In this document: piece after piece, positions 44,615 to 54,217 of the stretch | Numbering within the stretch: position 1 is the stretch's first letter | Layout: the number at the start of each line of letters is the position of its first letter | DNA from: Anaeromyxobacteraceae bacterium | GTDB taxonomy: Bacteria > Myxococcota > Myxococcia > Myxococcales > Anaeromyxobacteraceae | Reading direction: 5' to 3' | Assembly: GCA_047602405.1 (NCBI GenBank) | Contig: JASGHJ010000002.1 | Coordinates: 2,752,001-2,816,000 of the forward strand | Length of the DNA: 64,000 nucleotides | Translations under genes and position numbers: made by a program | The notes under the pieces: model-generated | Databases searched by the model: none | The model's input: only the letters and a program-made list of their open reading frames with translations | What the model was told of the DNA's origin: nothing

Positions 44615-45772
44615 TCAGCCCCGGGGCGCCCCGTACCAGATCTCCTCGTACGGGCAGCTCACGTCGGTCCCCGGGGGATCCGGGTAGAGGTACCGCTCGC
44701 CGCGGTAGTTCCGGAAGGCCGTGTTCGTGCCCTCGCGGCCGAGCATCCACTGCGGCTGGAGCGTCACCTTGCCGCCGCCGCCGGGGAGGTCCACGGCGAG
44801 GTGCGGGATTGCGAGGCCGCTCGTGCGGCCGCGCATCTCGGCCAGGATGGCGATCCCGGCCTCGAGCGGCGTGCGCAGGTGGGCGGTGCCCTCGGCGACA
44901 TCGCCCTGGTGCAGGTAGTAGGGCCGCACGCGCGCCGTGAGCAGGCGCTCGTTGAGGTCGGTGAGGATCCGGGCGGACGAGTTCAGGCGCCGGAGCAGCA
45001 CCGACTGGTTCTCGACCGGCACGCCGTGGTCGACGAGGAGCTCGCAGGCGGCGCGGGCGTCGGGCGTGAGCTCCTTCGGGTGGTTGAAGTGCGTCACCAC
45101 GAAGAGCGGCGCGTGCCGGCGCAGCATCGCGGCGAGCGCCGGCGTCACGCGCATCGGGCAGGTGACCGGCGCGCGGGTCGCGAGCCGGAGCAGCTGCACG
45201 TGCGGGATGGCGCGCAGCGGGGCGAGCACCGCCTCGAGCCGCTCGTCGGAGAGCACCAGGGGATCGCCGCCGGAGACGATGACGTCGCGGACCTCGGGGT
45301 GGGCGCGCACGTACGCGACGCCCTCCTCCACGGCCGCCCTCTCGAAGCCCTCGCCGTCCTCGAAGGTGATCCGCCGGCGGGTGCAGTGGCGGCAGTAGAC
45401 CGAGCAGCGGTCGACGGCGAGGAAGAGCACCCGGTCGCCGTACTTGTGCACGATGGCGCGGGCGGGGCGGTGCGGCTCCTCGCCGAGCGGATCGCGGAGG
45501 TCGCCGGGCGCGTGCTCGCCCTCGGCCGCCGTGGGGATCGCCTGCATCCGCACCGGGCAGGCCGGGTGGCGGCGGTCGACGAGGGACGCGTAGTACGGCG
45601 TCACCGCGACGCGGAAGCGGCCCTCGGCGAGGGCGAGCCCCCGGCGCTCCGCCTCGGTGAGGTCGGCGATCCGCACGAGGTCGGCGGCGGTGCGCAGGGC
45701 GTTGCGGTGCTGCCAGCGCCAGTCGCGCCAGTCGGCCTCGGAGACGCCAGGGAAGAGGTCCTGCCACGGCAT
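44615..45772 (-). CDS. KamA/EpmB-family radical SAM aminomutase
   Basis: [43 protein letters not shown]. Confidence 0.9.
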   Translation of the reverse strand: MPWQDLFPGVSEADWRDWRWQHRNALRTAADLVRIADLTEAERRGLALAEGRFRVAVTPYYASLVDRRHPACPVRMQAIPTAAEGEHAPGDLRDPLGEEPHRPARAIVHKYGDRVLFLAVDRCSVYCRHCTRRRITFEDGEGFERAAVEEGVAYVRAHPEVRDVIVSGGDPLVLSDERLEAVLAPLRAIPHVQLLRLATRAPVTCPMRVTPALAAMLRRHAPLFVVTHFNHPKELTPDARAACELLVDHGVPVENQSVLLRRLNSSARILTDLNERLLTARVRPYYLHQGDVAEGTAHLRTPLEAGIAILAEMRGRTSGLAIPHLAVDLPGGGGKVTLQPQWMLGREGTNTAFRNYRGERYLYPDPPGTDVSCPYEEIWYGAPRG

Positions 45773-45895
45773 GGGGCGCGGAAGTTAGCCGCCCCCAATC
45801 GGCGGGTCAAACGGGGGTGTAACGCGCCGGGATTTGTATTAGAAAGGCGCGCGCCGGGACCGCCCCTCTCACGTCCCGCGCGGGGAGCCCAACGC

Positions 45896-47080
45896 ATGTC
45901 GACGATTCCTCAGATCGCCCCGGCCGACGCACCGGCCACGGACCCGCGCCCCGTCGCGAACGTGACCTCGCGCTTCCAGCCGGGCAGCCGCTCGATTCTG
46001 GGCGAACGACCCGACCGCGCGCTGGGACGACTGGACCTGGCAGCAGCAGCAGCGCATCACCCGGCTCGAGCAGCTCGAGAAGGTGCTCAACCTCACCGAC
46101 GCCGAGCGCCGCGCGGTGAAGGAGACCGACGCCGAGTTCCACATGGGCATCACGCCCTACTACGCGGCGCTGATGGACCGGGACGATCCGAACTGCCCGA
46201 TCCGCCTCCAGTCGGTGCCGACGCTGGGCGAGCTCAACATCCTCGCCTCCGACCTCGAGGACCCGCTCGCCGAGGAGCGGGACATGCCGGTGCCGGGCAT
46301 CACGCACCGCTACCCCGACCGCGTCCTCTTCTACACGACGCACAACTGCCCGGTGTACTGCCGCCACTGCACGCGCAAGCGCAAGGTGTCGGACCCGACG
46401 ACCGCCGCGGCGAAGAAGCAGATCGAGGACTCGCTCGCGTACATCGCCTCGCACCCCGAGATCCGCGACGTGGTCGTCTCGGGCGGCGACCCCTCTCGCT
46501 CTCCGACGACCGGCTCGACTACATCCTCGGCCGCCTGCGCGCGATCCCGCACGTCGAGGTCTTCCGGCTCGGCACGCGCAACCTCGTCACCCTGCCCCAG
46601 CGCGTCACGAACGACCTCGTGAAGATGCTGCGGAAGCACCACCCGGTCTTCGTGAACACGCACTTCAACCACCCCAAGGAGTGCACGGCGGAGGCCTTCG
46701 AAGCCGCGCGCCGCCTCGCCGACGCGGGCTGCATGCTCGGCAACCAGATGGTGCTCTTGAAGGGCGTGAACGACGATCCGAAGGTGGTGAAGGAGCTCAA
46801 CCACAAGCTCCTCCTGATGCGGGTCCGGCCCTACTACATCTACCAGTGCGATCTCTCGCGCGGCATCAGCCACTTCCGCACGCCCGTCGAGAAGGGCATC
46901 GAGATCATCGAGCACCTGCGCGGCCACACCTCCGGCCTCGCGGTGCCGCACTTCGTGGTCGACGCGCCGAACGGCGGCGGGAAGATCCCCGTGCAGCCGC
47001 AGTACGTCGTCTCGCACGAGGGCAAGCGCTGGGTGTTCCGGAACTACTCCGGCAAGCAGTACGAGTACCTGGAGCCGTAG
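45896..47080 (+). CDS. KamA-family radical SAM aminomutase (lysine 2,3-aminomutase-like); frameshifts at ~45996 (+1) and ~46491 (-1)
   Basis: [53 protein letters not shown] across three frames. Confidence 0.88.
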   Translation: MSTIPQIAPADAPATDPRPVANVTSRFQPGSRSILGERPDRALGRLDLAAAAAHHPARAAREGAQPHRRRAPRGEGDRRRVPHGHHALLRGADGPGRSELPDPPPVGADAGRAQHPRLRPRGPARRGAGHAGAGHHAPLPRPRPLLHDAQLPGVLPPLHAQAQGVGPDDRRGEEADRGLARVHRLAPRDPRRGRLGRRPLSLSDDRLDYILGRLRAIPHVEVFRLGTRNLVTLPQRVTNDLVKMLRKHHPVFVNTHFNHPKECTAEAFEAARRLADAGCMLGNQMVLLKGVNDDPKVVKELNHKLLLMRVRPYYIYQCDLSRGISHFRTPVEKGIEIIEHLRGHTSGLAVPHFVVDAPNGGGKIPVQPQYVVSHEGKRWVFRNYSGKQYEYLEP

Positions 47081-47102
47081 CATCCGAAGACGCAGGGCGG
47101 GC

Positions 47103-47483
47103 TCACCAGATCGTCCTGACCAGCCCCGAGCGCACCACGGTCTCGTCCGCCGTGACGAGCTCCGCGCTGTGGGTGAGCGCCGTGGCCACGATCAGGCGGT
47201 CCGAAGGATCGCGCAGGCCCTTCAGCTGAGCGGCCACGCTCGCGACCGCCGGCGTGAGCGGCAAGAGCTCGATCCGCTCCGTCTCCAGGCTCCCCTCCAT
47301 CCAGCGGACCGGTGCATCGTCGAGCTCGATCCGCTCGCGCGCTGCCAGGCCCGCGACCTCCCAGCAGCTGATGGCGGCGACGCCTCTGGGCCGGGTCGAC
47401 CTGAGAACCTGCCGCACCTTGCGGCCCAGGCGCTCGGGCGCGCTCATGAACCAGAGCCAGGCGTGCGTGTCGAGGATGATCAT
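47103..47483 (-). CDS. vapC: Type II TA toxin, VapC PIN domain
   Basis: ILDTHAWLW, AISCWEV, DPSDRLIVATA, LVTAD; ATGA overlap with antitoxin. Confidence 0.9.
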   Translation of the reverse strand: MIILDTHAWLWFMSAPERLGRKVRQVLRSTRPRGVAAISCWEVAGLAARERIELDDAPVRWMEGSLETERIELLPLTPAVASVAAQLKGLRDPSDRLIVATALTHSAELVTADETVVRSGLVRTIW

Positions 47484-47710
47484 ACGTCCACCGCCCATTC
47501 GTCCCCGAGCGGCGCCAGGAGGTCTCCCCTGACCTTCACGCTCCCCAAGAAGCTCCTGCGCCGCTGACCACCGACAGGCCCGAGCTCGGCAACGGGCTTC
47601 CCGCGCTTGGTGATGACCACGCGGTCGCCATGCTTCGCGACGTCGTCGAGGACCTTCAGGCACCGCGCCTTGAAGATGGCGGCGGTCATCGTGCGGGCGG
47701 GAGCTTTCAT
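47480..47710 (-). CDS. Type II TA antitoxin, Phd/YefM family
   Basis: AAIFKARCLKVLDDV, VVITKRGKPVAEL. Confidence 0.88.
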   Translation of the reverse strand: MKAPARTMTAAIFKARCLKVLDDVAKHGDRVVITKRGKPVAELGPVGGQRRRSFLGSVKVRGDLLAPLGDEWAVDV

Positions 47711-47745
47711 GGTCACATCGTAGTGACCTAGTACCGCGAGATCAA
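47711..47745 (-). promoter_or_regulatory. Sigma70-type promoter with overlapping operator palindrome (TA operon)
   Basis: TTGATC-N17-TACGAT; the -10 is the spacer of GGTCAC-N6-GTGACC; ATG 6 nt downstream. Confidence 0.7.
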
Positions 47746-47763
47746 GCCGGGGGGCGGGCGCGC

Positions 47764-48252
47764 TCATGGCGCCACCTCCAGGACCGCAATGCGCGGTCCT
47801 CCCCGGGGCCTGGGCGGCCCCGCGTCCGCCGCCTCCACGCGGGTGGGCCAGGAGAGGACCGAGGCGACCTTCACGACCACGCCCTCCCCGCCTCGCAACG
47901 CGCACCCGTCGGGCCCGCAGACCAGCCCTGCTCGCATGGCCGCGCGCGCGAGGACGAGGCGGGCGCGCATGAGCGCTGGAGGGGAGCCCTCGAGCGTGAG
48001 CCAGAGCGAGTCCACGCGCCCGGCGCGTGCCGTCCAGCGCACGCGCGCGAGCGCGCCGCCGGGAGCCAGGAACAGGGAGTCGCCCGGGCCGAGCAGCGCC
48101 GCGGCCTCCGCGGCCTCGTCGCCCACGGTCACGCCGCCGAGGCGCAGCCGCGGGCCGTCGGGGCCGCCCGCGAAGCCGAGCGAGAGCGCCGGAGGCGGCG
48201 GAGCCGAGCAGCCGAGGAGGAAGAGGAGCAGCGCGGGGACGAGGCGGGCCAT
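47764..48252 (-). CDS. Hypothetical lipoprotein
   Basis: MARLVPALLLFLLGC lipobox; sigma54-like GGCACGCCCCGCGCA just upstream. Confidence 0.55.
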   Translation of the reverse strand: MARLVPALLLFLLGCSAPPPPALSLGFAGGPDGPRLRLGGVTVGDEAAEAAALLGPGDSLFLAPGGALARVRWTARAGRVDSLWLTLEGSPPALMRARLVLARAAMRAGLVCGPDGCALRGGEGVVVKVASVLSWPTRVEAADAGPPRPRGGPRIAVLEVAP

Positions 48253-48282
48253 GCCTCGAGCCATTGCGCGGGGCGTGCCGGA

Positions 48283-48518
48283 GCGCGGACCGAGTCGGTC
48301 CGCGCGGTTGCGCGAGAGCGGTCCGGCCCCGGAGGTCCGCCGGGCGGACCGGGGTCCGCGGCGCGGACCGGAGAGCGGTCCTGCCCCGGAGGACCGCGGC
48401 GCGGACCTCGCCAGCGGCGAAGCCTCCGCCGCGGCGCCAGGCGCCGCGGTGAGGCGGAGCCGATCCGGGGGTGGGCCCCGCGGAGCTTCGCTCCGCGGGC
48501 GGGGGGCTACGCCCCCCG
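48283..48518. repeat. Cluster of palindromic REP-like hairpins and a 37-nt direct repeat
   Basis: GCGCGGACCG-AGT-CGGTCCGCGC; near-identical 37-mers at 48314 and 48371; CCCGCGGAGC-TTC-GCTCCGCGGG; CGGGGGGC-TAC-GCCCCCCG. Confidence 0.7.
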
Positions 48519-48524
48519 TTCAAC

Positions 48525-48911
48525 TCAGTCCACGACCGCGATCGCGTCGATCTCCACCCGCGCCCCGCGCGGCAGTGCCGCGACCTGCACGGTGGCCCGC
48601 GCCGGCGGCGTGCCGGTGAAGCACTTCCCGTAGACCTCGTTCACCTTCCCGAAATCGCCGAGGTCGGCGAGGAAGATGGTGCACCGCACGACGTGGTCGA
48701 AGGTCGCCCCGCCCGCCGCGAGCACCGCGCGCAGGTTCTCCATCACGCGCGAGGTCTGCTCCTCGATGCCGCCCTTCACGAGCTCGCCCGTGGCCGGGTC
48801 GAGGGGGATCTGGCCGGACAGCCAGAGCGTGCGCGCGCCGCGCGCCTCGATGGCCTGGCTGTAGGGACCGATGGCCTTCGGGGCCGAGGGCGACGCGATG
48901 GGGGTCTTCAT
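48525..48911 (-). CDS. RidA family reactive intermediate deaminase
   Basis: PKAIGPYSQA, SGQIPLDP, PARATVQVAALP, VEIDAIA. Confidence 0.95.
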   Translation of the reverse strand: MKTPIASPSAPKAIGPYSQAIEARGARTLWLSGQIPLDPATGELVKGGIEEQTSRVMENLRAVLAAGGATFDHVVRCTIFLADLGDFGKVNEVYGKCFTGTPPARATVQVAALPRGARVEIDAIAVVD

Positions 48912-48984
48912 GGAGAGCGAATGTAGCCGGGGATGGGCGGGGGTGGGGAGGCGATCGGGGCGGGCGCCGGATCGGCGCGACGGA

Positions 48985-50380
48985 ACGTCGGGCGAACGGG
49001 CACGTGGGCGGCCTCACCGAGTACCGCGCGCGCCTCTTCGCGGGGCTGCCGCGGGGGGAAGTGAGGACGGACCGTCAGACCTCCGGGCGATACCTGAACA
49101 TCGGTATCGCCGCACGAGAGGTGAACGATGTCCGCCAAGGTCCAGGCACTCCACGCCGAGCTCAGGTCGATCGTCGGAACCGACCGCGAGCAGCTCGTCC
49201 GCTTCCTGCTCCTGCTCGACGCCTTCGATCGCGAGGCGGGGTACTTCGAGTTCGGGCGGCCGTCGCTCTGGCTGTACCTCCTCCTGGACTTGAAGCTCAG
49301 GGAGTCGGTCGCGGGTCGGCGCATCGCCGTGATGAAGCTTCTGCGGCAGTATCCACACCTCGACGCGCCGCTCGCGGATGGCGGCTGTGCATCACGACCA
49401 TCGACCTCCTCGCCCCGTTGATGAACCCGGAGAACGTGGACGAGATTGTTCGCCGCGCCTCCTGGCTCACGAAGGAGCAGACGCTGCGGCTGCGCGCGGA
49501 ACTCCAGCCGCGGGAACCGCCCAGGGAGGGCATACGCCGGCTCCCGACCAAGGCGGCGGCCGCACATCCGCTCGCTGCAACGCTGCCCGAGGCCACCCAG
49601 GAGGCTGGGGCGCGGGAAGCCGCCGCCGTCGAGAACCCGGAACACGGTGCCGCGCCGGCCGATGCCCGGCCCTTCCCCCTCCTTTTCCTTGCCTGCACCC
49701 CGTCCACGCCTCGCCATCGAGCCCTGCACTCCCACGCTCGACTCGATGCGCGTGACCATCGACCAGGCCTTCCGCGACCGGCTCGGGAAGGCTCGCGACC
49801 TCGCGAGCCACCGCAACCCGAAGGGCGACCTCTACCGCGTGCTGTTCGATGCGCTCGGCGCGTACATCGAGAAGCTCGAGAAGGACCGGGGCCTCGCGAA
49901 GCCGAAGCACCCGCGTGCACCGAAGCCCGTGCCCGCGCCCACGCCCGGCGAGCGCGCGCCGATCTCCGCCGAGACGGCCCGGATCGTCTGGGAGCGCGAC
50001 AAGGGGTGCTGCCAGCAGCCGATGCCCGATGGACCATCTGCGGGAGCACCTTTCAGCTCGAGCTGCACCACCGGGACCCGGCGAAGCAGACGGGCTCGTC
50101 GCAGCCCGAGGACCTCGAGCTGCGCTGCAAGCCCCACAACCGCTACGAGGCGGACCTCGTCTTCGGGAAGAAGAACATCGACCGGATCATCTCGGAGAAG
50201 CAGCACTCACGACGCGCGCAGCCGAGGCGTGCGCAGCCCAGGGAGGGTAACCGCAACCCGGGAACTTCAAAAACTCCCTCCAGCGGGAGCGAATGAGACC
50301 CGATCCCGCGAATGCACGGAACGTGACCAAGACGGTTCGTGAAAGTGCCGGTGCGACGCCGCGACCACGAGACGTCGGGC
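48985..50380 (+). mobile_element. Possible HNH-encoding insertion cassette
   Basis: ACGTCGGGC direct repeats at 48985-93 and 50372-80 bracket the HNH gene and its structured flanks. Confidence 0.4.
49128..50296 (+). pseudogene. HNH endonuclease with long helical (DUF222-like) N-terminus; three frameshifts
   Basis: Spliced frames give an N-terminal helical domain, VWERDKGCCQ...ICGS and LELHH...DLELRCKPHNRYEAD; shifts at ~49381, ~49620-49700 and ~50032; atypical codon usage. Confidence 0.75.
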
Positions 50381-50381
50381 C

Positions 50382-50852
50382 CTACTCCCCCACCCCACAC
50401 TTCACGTCCGTGCACTGACCGGCGCCGTGCTTCGCGGTACAGGTGGCGGTCACGGCCTCTCGCGCCGCTCGCTCGGTTGCGCCGTACGCCGAGATCGGCG
50501 TGCCGAACGGCGAGGTCTCGCATCGGAAGGCGCGGGCACCAGGCACCGCGACGGGCGGCCTCGCGGGCGTGGCGCCAGGCACGGTGGCGGTGCGCCCTTC
50601 GCCCGCGCTCTGCCCCGCCTCCACGTAGCCGGTGCGGTAGGCGCCGAGGAGCTGGGTGCGGGCGGCGGGGTCGCAGGGGTCCGCGAAGGCGGCGGACATC
50701 GGCCTGCCCTCCGCGGCATCGCGGGCGCCCTCCTCGCGGGCGCCGGCCGGCGAGCAGAGCTGCGCGCGGAAGGTCTCCTGGGGAGTGACGCACGCGGAGG
50801 AGGATGCGGCGACGAAGACCGCCCCGGCGGCGACGCCCCACCTCACCCTCAC
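50382..50852 (-). CDS. Cys-containing hypothetical lipoprotein (DUF2799-like)
   Basis: Signal ending SSAC; EGARDAAEG...AYRTGY pattern; GTGA-coupled to rel. Confidence 0.6.
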   Translation of the reverse strand: MRVRWGVAAGAVFVAASSSACVTPQETFRAQLCSPAGAREEGARDAAEGRPMSAAFADPCDPAARTQLLGAYRTGYVEAGQSAGEGRTATVPGATPARPPVAVPGARAFRCETSPFGTPISAYGATERAAREAVTATCTAKHGAGQCTDVKCGVGE

Positions 50853-53032
50853 ACCCTCCGCACCGACTGCACGCCGTCGACGCGCTCGATGGAGCGGATC
50901 ACCGCGTTCAGCTGCTTCACGTCGGCGATGGTGACCTCGAAGTCGTTCACGGCCTTCTCGCCGGGGGTGGTCTTGCAGCTCGCGCTCGAGATGTTCACGC
51001 CGGTGTCGCTGATGGTCTGGGAGATCTTCGCGAGGATGCCGGGCTTGTCGTAGGTGATGACGCGCAGGTTCACCGGGCGGCGGAACTCGCCGCGGACGTC
51101 CCACGACACGTCGACCCGGCGGTCGGGGTCGATGCCGAGGATCTTGTCGCAGTTGACCGTGTGCACCGTCACGCCGCGACCGCGGGTGATGAAGCCGACG
51201 ATGGGGTCGCCCGGCACGGGGTTGCAGCAGCGGCCGAAGCGCACGAGCACGTCGTCGATGCCGTTGAGCCGCACGCCGCCGGTCTGCGTCGGCAGGCGGG
51301 CGACCTTGCGGAACATCTCGGTGATGACGGACGTCGGCCCCGGCTGGTCGGCCGGGGCCGGGGTGGCGAGCTTCTCGGCGGGGAGGATCTGGGACAGCAC
51401 CTGCTGCGGCGAGATCTTGCCGTAGCCGATCGCCGCGATCAGGTCGTCGGCGACGCGGTAGCCGAGCGCCTGGGCGGCCTTCTCGAGCTCGCCGCCCTTC
51501 GTGAGCTTGTTGAGCGTGACGCCGAAGCGGCGGAACTCGCGCTCGGCGAGGTCGCGGCCGATCTCCATCGAGCGGCGGTGCTCGGCCTGGCGGATGAACT
51601 GGCGGATGCGGGCCTGCGCGCGGCTGGTGCGCACGAAGGTCAGCCAGTCCTTCGACGGGTGGGAGTGCGGCGAGGTGAGCACCTCGACGGTGTCGCCGTT
51701 GCGCAGCTTGTAGCGGAGCGGGACCAGCTTGCCGTTCACCTTCGCGCCGACGGTGTGCTCGCCGACCTGCGAGTGGATGGTGTAGGCGAAGTCGACCGGG
51801 GTCGCCCCGCGCGGCAGGCTCTTCACCTCGCCCTTCGGCGTGAAGACGAAGACCTCGTCGCTGAAGAGGTCGACCTTGACGGTCTCGAGGAACTCGCGCG
51901 GATCGGCGAGGTCGCGCTGCCACTCCACGAGCTGGCGGAGCCAGCCGAAGCGCTCGGCGTCCTTCTTGGACATCTCGGCGCCCTTGCCGTCCCGCCCCTT
52001 CTCCTTGTAGGCCCAGTGCGCCGCGACGCCCTCCTCGGCGATCTGGTGCATCTCCTTCGTGCGGATCTGCACCTCGATCCGGTCGCCGCGCGGCCCCACC
52101 ACCGTGGTGTGGAGCGACTGGTACATGTTGGGCTTCGGGATCGCGATGTAGTCCTTGAAGCGCCCAGGCACCGGCTTCCACAGCGCGTGGATGATGCCGA
52201 GCGACTCGTAGCACCGCGCGACGCTCTCGACGATCACCCGGAAGCCGATGACGTCCTGGATCTGGTCGAACTCGACGTCGAGGGCGCGCATCTTCCGCCA
52301 GACGCTGTACGCGTGCTTCACCCGCCCGGTGACGTCGGCCTCGATGCCGGACTCGACGAGCCGCTGGCGGATGTTCTGGACGATCTCCTCGACGAACCGC
52401 TCCTTCTCGCGCGCCTGGGCGGCGATGCGCCCGGAGATGTCCGACCACTCGGTGGGCTCGAGGTACTTGAAGGAGAGGTCCTCGAGCTCGCTCTTCACCC
52501 ACTGGATGCCGAGGCGGTTCGCGAGCGGCGCGTAGATGTCGATGGTCTCGCGCGCGATCCGCTGCTGCGACTCCGGCTTCATGTGGTCGAGCGTCCGCAT
52601 GTTGTGCGTGCGGTCGGCGAGCTTCACGAGCAGGACCCGGATGTCCTTCGCCATCGCCACGACCATCTTGCGGAAGTTCTCGGCCTGCTTCTCCTCCTGC
52701 GTGTTCGCGGCGGAGAACTGCGAGAGCTTCGTCACACCCTCGACGAGCTCGCCGATCTCCTTGCCGAACAGCCCCTCGATCTCCTCGCGCGTCGCGAGGG
52801 TGTCCTCGATGGTGTCGTGGAGGAGCCCGGTGACGACGGAGGCCTCGTCGAGCTTGAGCTCGGCGAGGATGCCGGCGACCTCGAGCGGGTGGACGAGGTA
52901 AGGCTCGCCCGACTTCCGGATCTGCCCCTGATGCACCTTGGCGCTGTAGACGTACGCCTTCTTGATCAGGTCGAGATCGGGATCCGGGTGGTAGGTCGCG
53001 ACCCGGTCGAGGATGTCGTTCAGTCGCAGCAA
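50849..53032 (-). CDS. relA: Bifunctional (p)ppGpp synthetase/hydrolase (RelA/SpoT, Rel)
   Basis: HD domain LLHDTIED, KLADRTHNMRTL, synthetase YQSLHT / EVQIRT, TGS TPVDFAY, CCNPVPGD, ACT domain. Confidence 0.96.
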   Translation of the reverse strand: MLRLNDILDRVATYHPDPDLDLIKKAYVYSAKVHQGQIRKSGEPYLVHPLEVAGILAELKLDEASVVTGLLHDTIEDTLATREEIEGLFGKEIGELVEGVTKLSQFSAANTQEEKQAENFRKMVVAMAKDIRVLLVKLADRTHNMRTLDHMKPESQQRIARETIDIYAPLANRLGIQWVKSELEDLSFKYLEPTEWSDISGRIAAQAREKERFVEEIVQNIRQRLVESGIEADVTGRVKHAYSVWRKMRALDVEFDQIQDVIGFRVIVESVARCYESLGIIHALWKPVPGRFKDYIAIPKPNMYQSLHTTVVGPRGDRIEVQIRTKEMHQIAEEGVAAHWAYKEKGRDGKGAEMSKKDAERFGWLRQLVEWQRDLADPREFLETVKVDLFSDEVFVFTPKGEVKSLPRGATPVDFAYTIHSQVGEHTVGAKVNGKLVPLRYKLRNGDTVEVLTSPHSHPSKDWLTFVRTSRAQARIRQFIRQAEHRRSMEIGRDLAEREFRRFGVTLNKLTKGGELEKAAQALGYRVADDLIAAIGYGKISPQQVLSQILPAEKLATPAPADQPGPTSVITEMFRKVARLPTQTGGVRLNGIDDVLVRFGRCCNPVPGDPIVGFITRGRGVTVHTVNCDKILGIDPDRRVDVSWDVRGEFRRPVNLRVITYDKPGILAKISQTISDTGVNISSASCKTTPGEKAVNDFEVTIADVKQLNAVIRSIERVDGVQSVRRV

Positions 53033-53158
53033 GCCAGTCTTGCGAGGGTACCGGCCGCCCTGCGGCGCGGCAAGCGCCTCTCCTACCTGATAACGCAATG
53101 CGCCATCGTGCGCCAGCGGACCCCCACCCGGGCGGGCGGTGGACTACCATCCGGACGG

Positions 53159-54175
53159 ATGCCCGTCCGCCGGCTGGTCCTCGCCTCCCTCGCCATCTCG
53201 CTCACGGTCGCCGTCGGCACGACGGGCTACTGGATCATCGGCGGCGGGGACTGGACCCTGTTCGATTGCCTGTACCAGACGGTGATCGGCATCTCGACCG
53301 CCGGCTTCGGGGAGATCCTCCCCCTCGCCGCGAAGCCCGCCGGGCGGCCCTTCACGATCCTGCTCCTCGTGGGTGGGCTCGTCGTGGTGGGCTGGTTCGC
53401 GACCACCGCGGCGGCGTTCCTCATCGAGGGCGAGATCTCGGGCCTCGCCTGGAGGCGACGGATGGACAGGGAACTCGAGAAGCTGAAGGGCCACGTCATC
53501 GTCTGCGGCGCGGGGGCGACCGGCATCCACTGCGTGAAGGAGCTCTCCGCGATCGGCGTGCCGTTCGTGGTGCTGGAGCGCGACCCCGAGCTCGCCCGCA
53601 GGATCTCGCAGGAGCACCGCTGCGGCGCGGTCGTCGGCGACGCCACCCACGACCAGTTCCTCGAGGAGGCGGGCATCACGCGCGCGAGCGGCGTCATCGC
53701 CGCGCTCACCGAGGACAAGGACAACCTCTTCATCACCGTGTCCGCCCGCGCCCTCAACCCGAAGCTGCGCATCGTCGCGAAGGCCATCGAGCCCGGCGCG
53801 GACGCGAAGCTGAAGCGCGCGGGCGCGGACGCGGTGGTGTCGCCGAACGCCATCGGCGGGCTCAGGATGGTGAGCGAGATGGTGCGCCCGGAGGTGGTCT
53901 CGTTCCTCGACGTCATGATGCGGGACCGCAACCAGCCGCTCCGGATCGAGGAGCTGCCGGTGCCGGTGGGCTCGCCCTTCGCCCAGCGGCGCGTCGGGGA
54001 GCTCGGGCTCGCGGCGCACGGGATGCTCCTCCTCGCGGTGAAGCCCGCCGCGGCCGGCGCCGCCCTCGTCTACAACCCCGGGAGCGACCACCGGCTCGAG
54101 GGCGGGGAGACCCTGATCGTGCTCGGGGACGCCAACCGCGTGAGGGAGTTGAGCAGGCGGTCGGCAGCGGGTTAA
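53159..54175 (+). CDS. 2-TM potassium channel with RCK_N/RCK_C (TrkA) domains
   Basis: Pore motif STAGFGE, HVIVCGAGATG, GDAT, AGADAVVSP, C-terminal YNPG...GETLIVLG. Confidence 0.9.
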   Translation: MPVRRLVLASLAISLTVAVGTTGYWIIGGGDWTLFDCLYQTVIGISTAGFGEILPLAAKPAGRPFTILLLVGGLVVVGWFATTAAAFLIEGEISGLAWRRRMDRELEKLKGHVIVCGAGATGIHCVKELSAIGVPFVVLERDPELARRISQEHRCGAVVGDATHDQFLEEAGITRASGVIAALTEDKDNLFITVSARALNPKLRIVAKAIEPGADAKLKRAGADAVVSPNAIGGLRMVSEMVRPEVVSFLDVMMRDRNQPLRIEELPVPVGSPFAQRRVGELGLAAHGMLLLAVKPAAAGAALVYNPGSDHRLEGGETLIVLGDANRVRELSRRSAAG

Positions 54176-54217
54176 CGTGCGGGGCGCCGGCAGCCATCGG
54201 CCGCGGAGGAGCTCCCC

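Noticed and set aside
45896..47080. Pseudogene or programmed-frameshift status for kamA, the C-methyltransferase, FHA and SNF2 genes
   Set aside because: Single-base indels at C runs or AGATC, with otherwise intact motifs and codon bias; sequencing error is more likely.
48314..48407. CRISPR-like repeat
   Set aside because: Only two copies, the 20-nt spacer is made of the same motif, and there are no cas genes.
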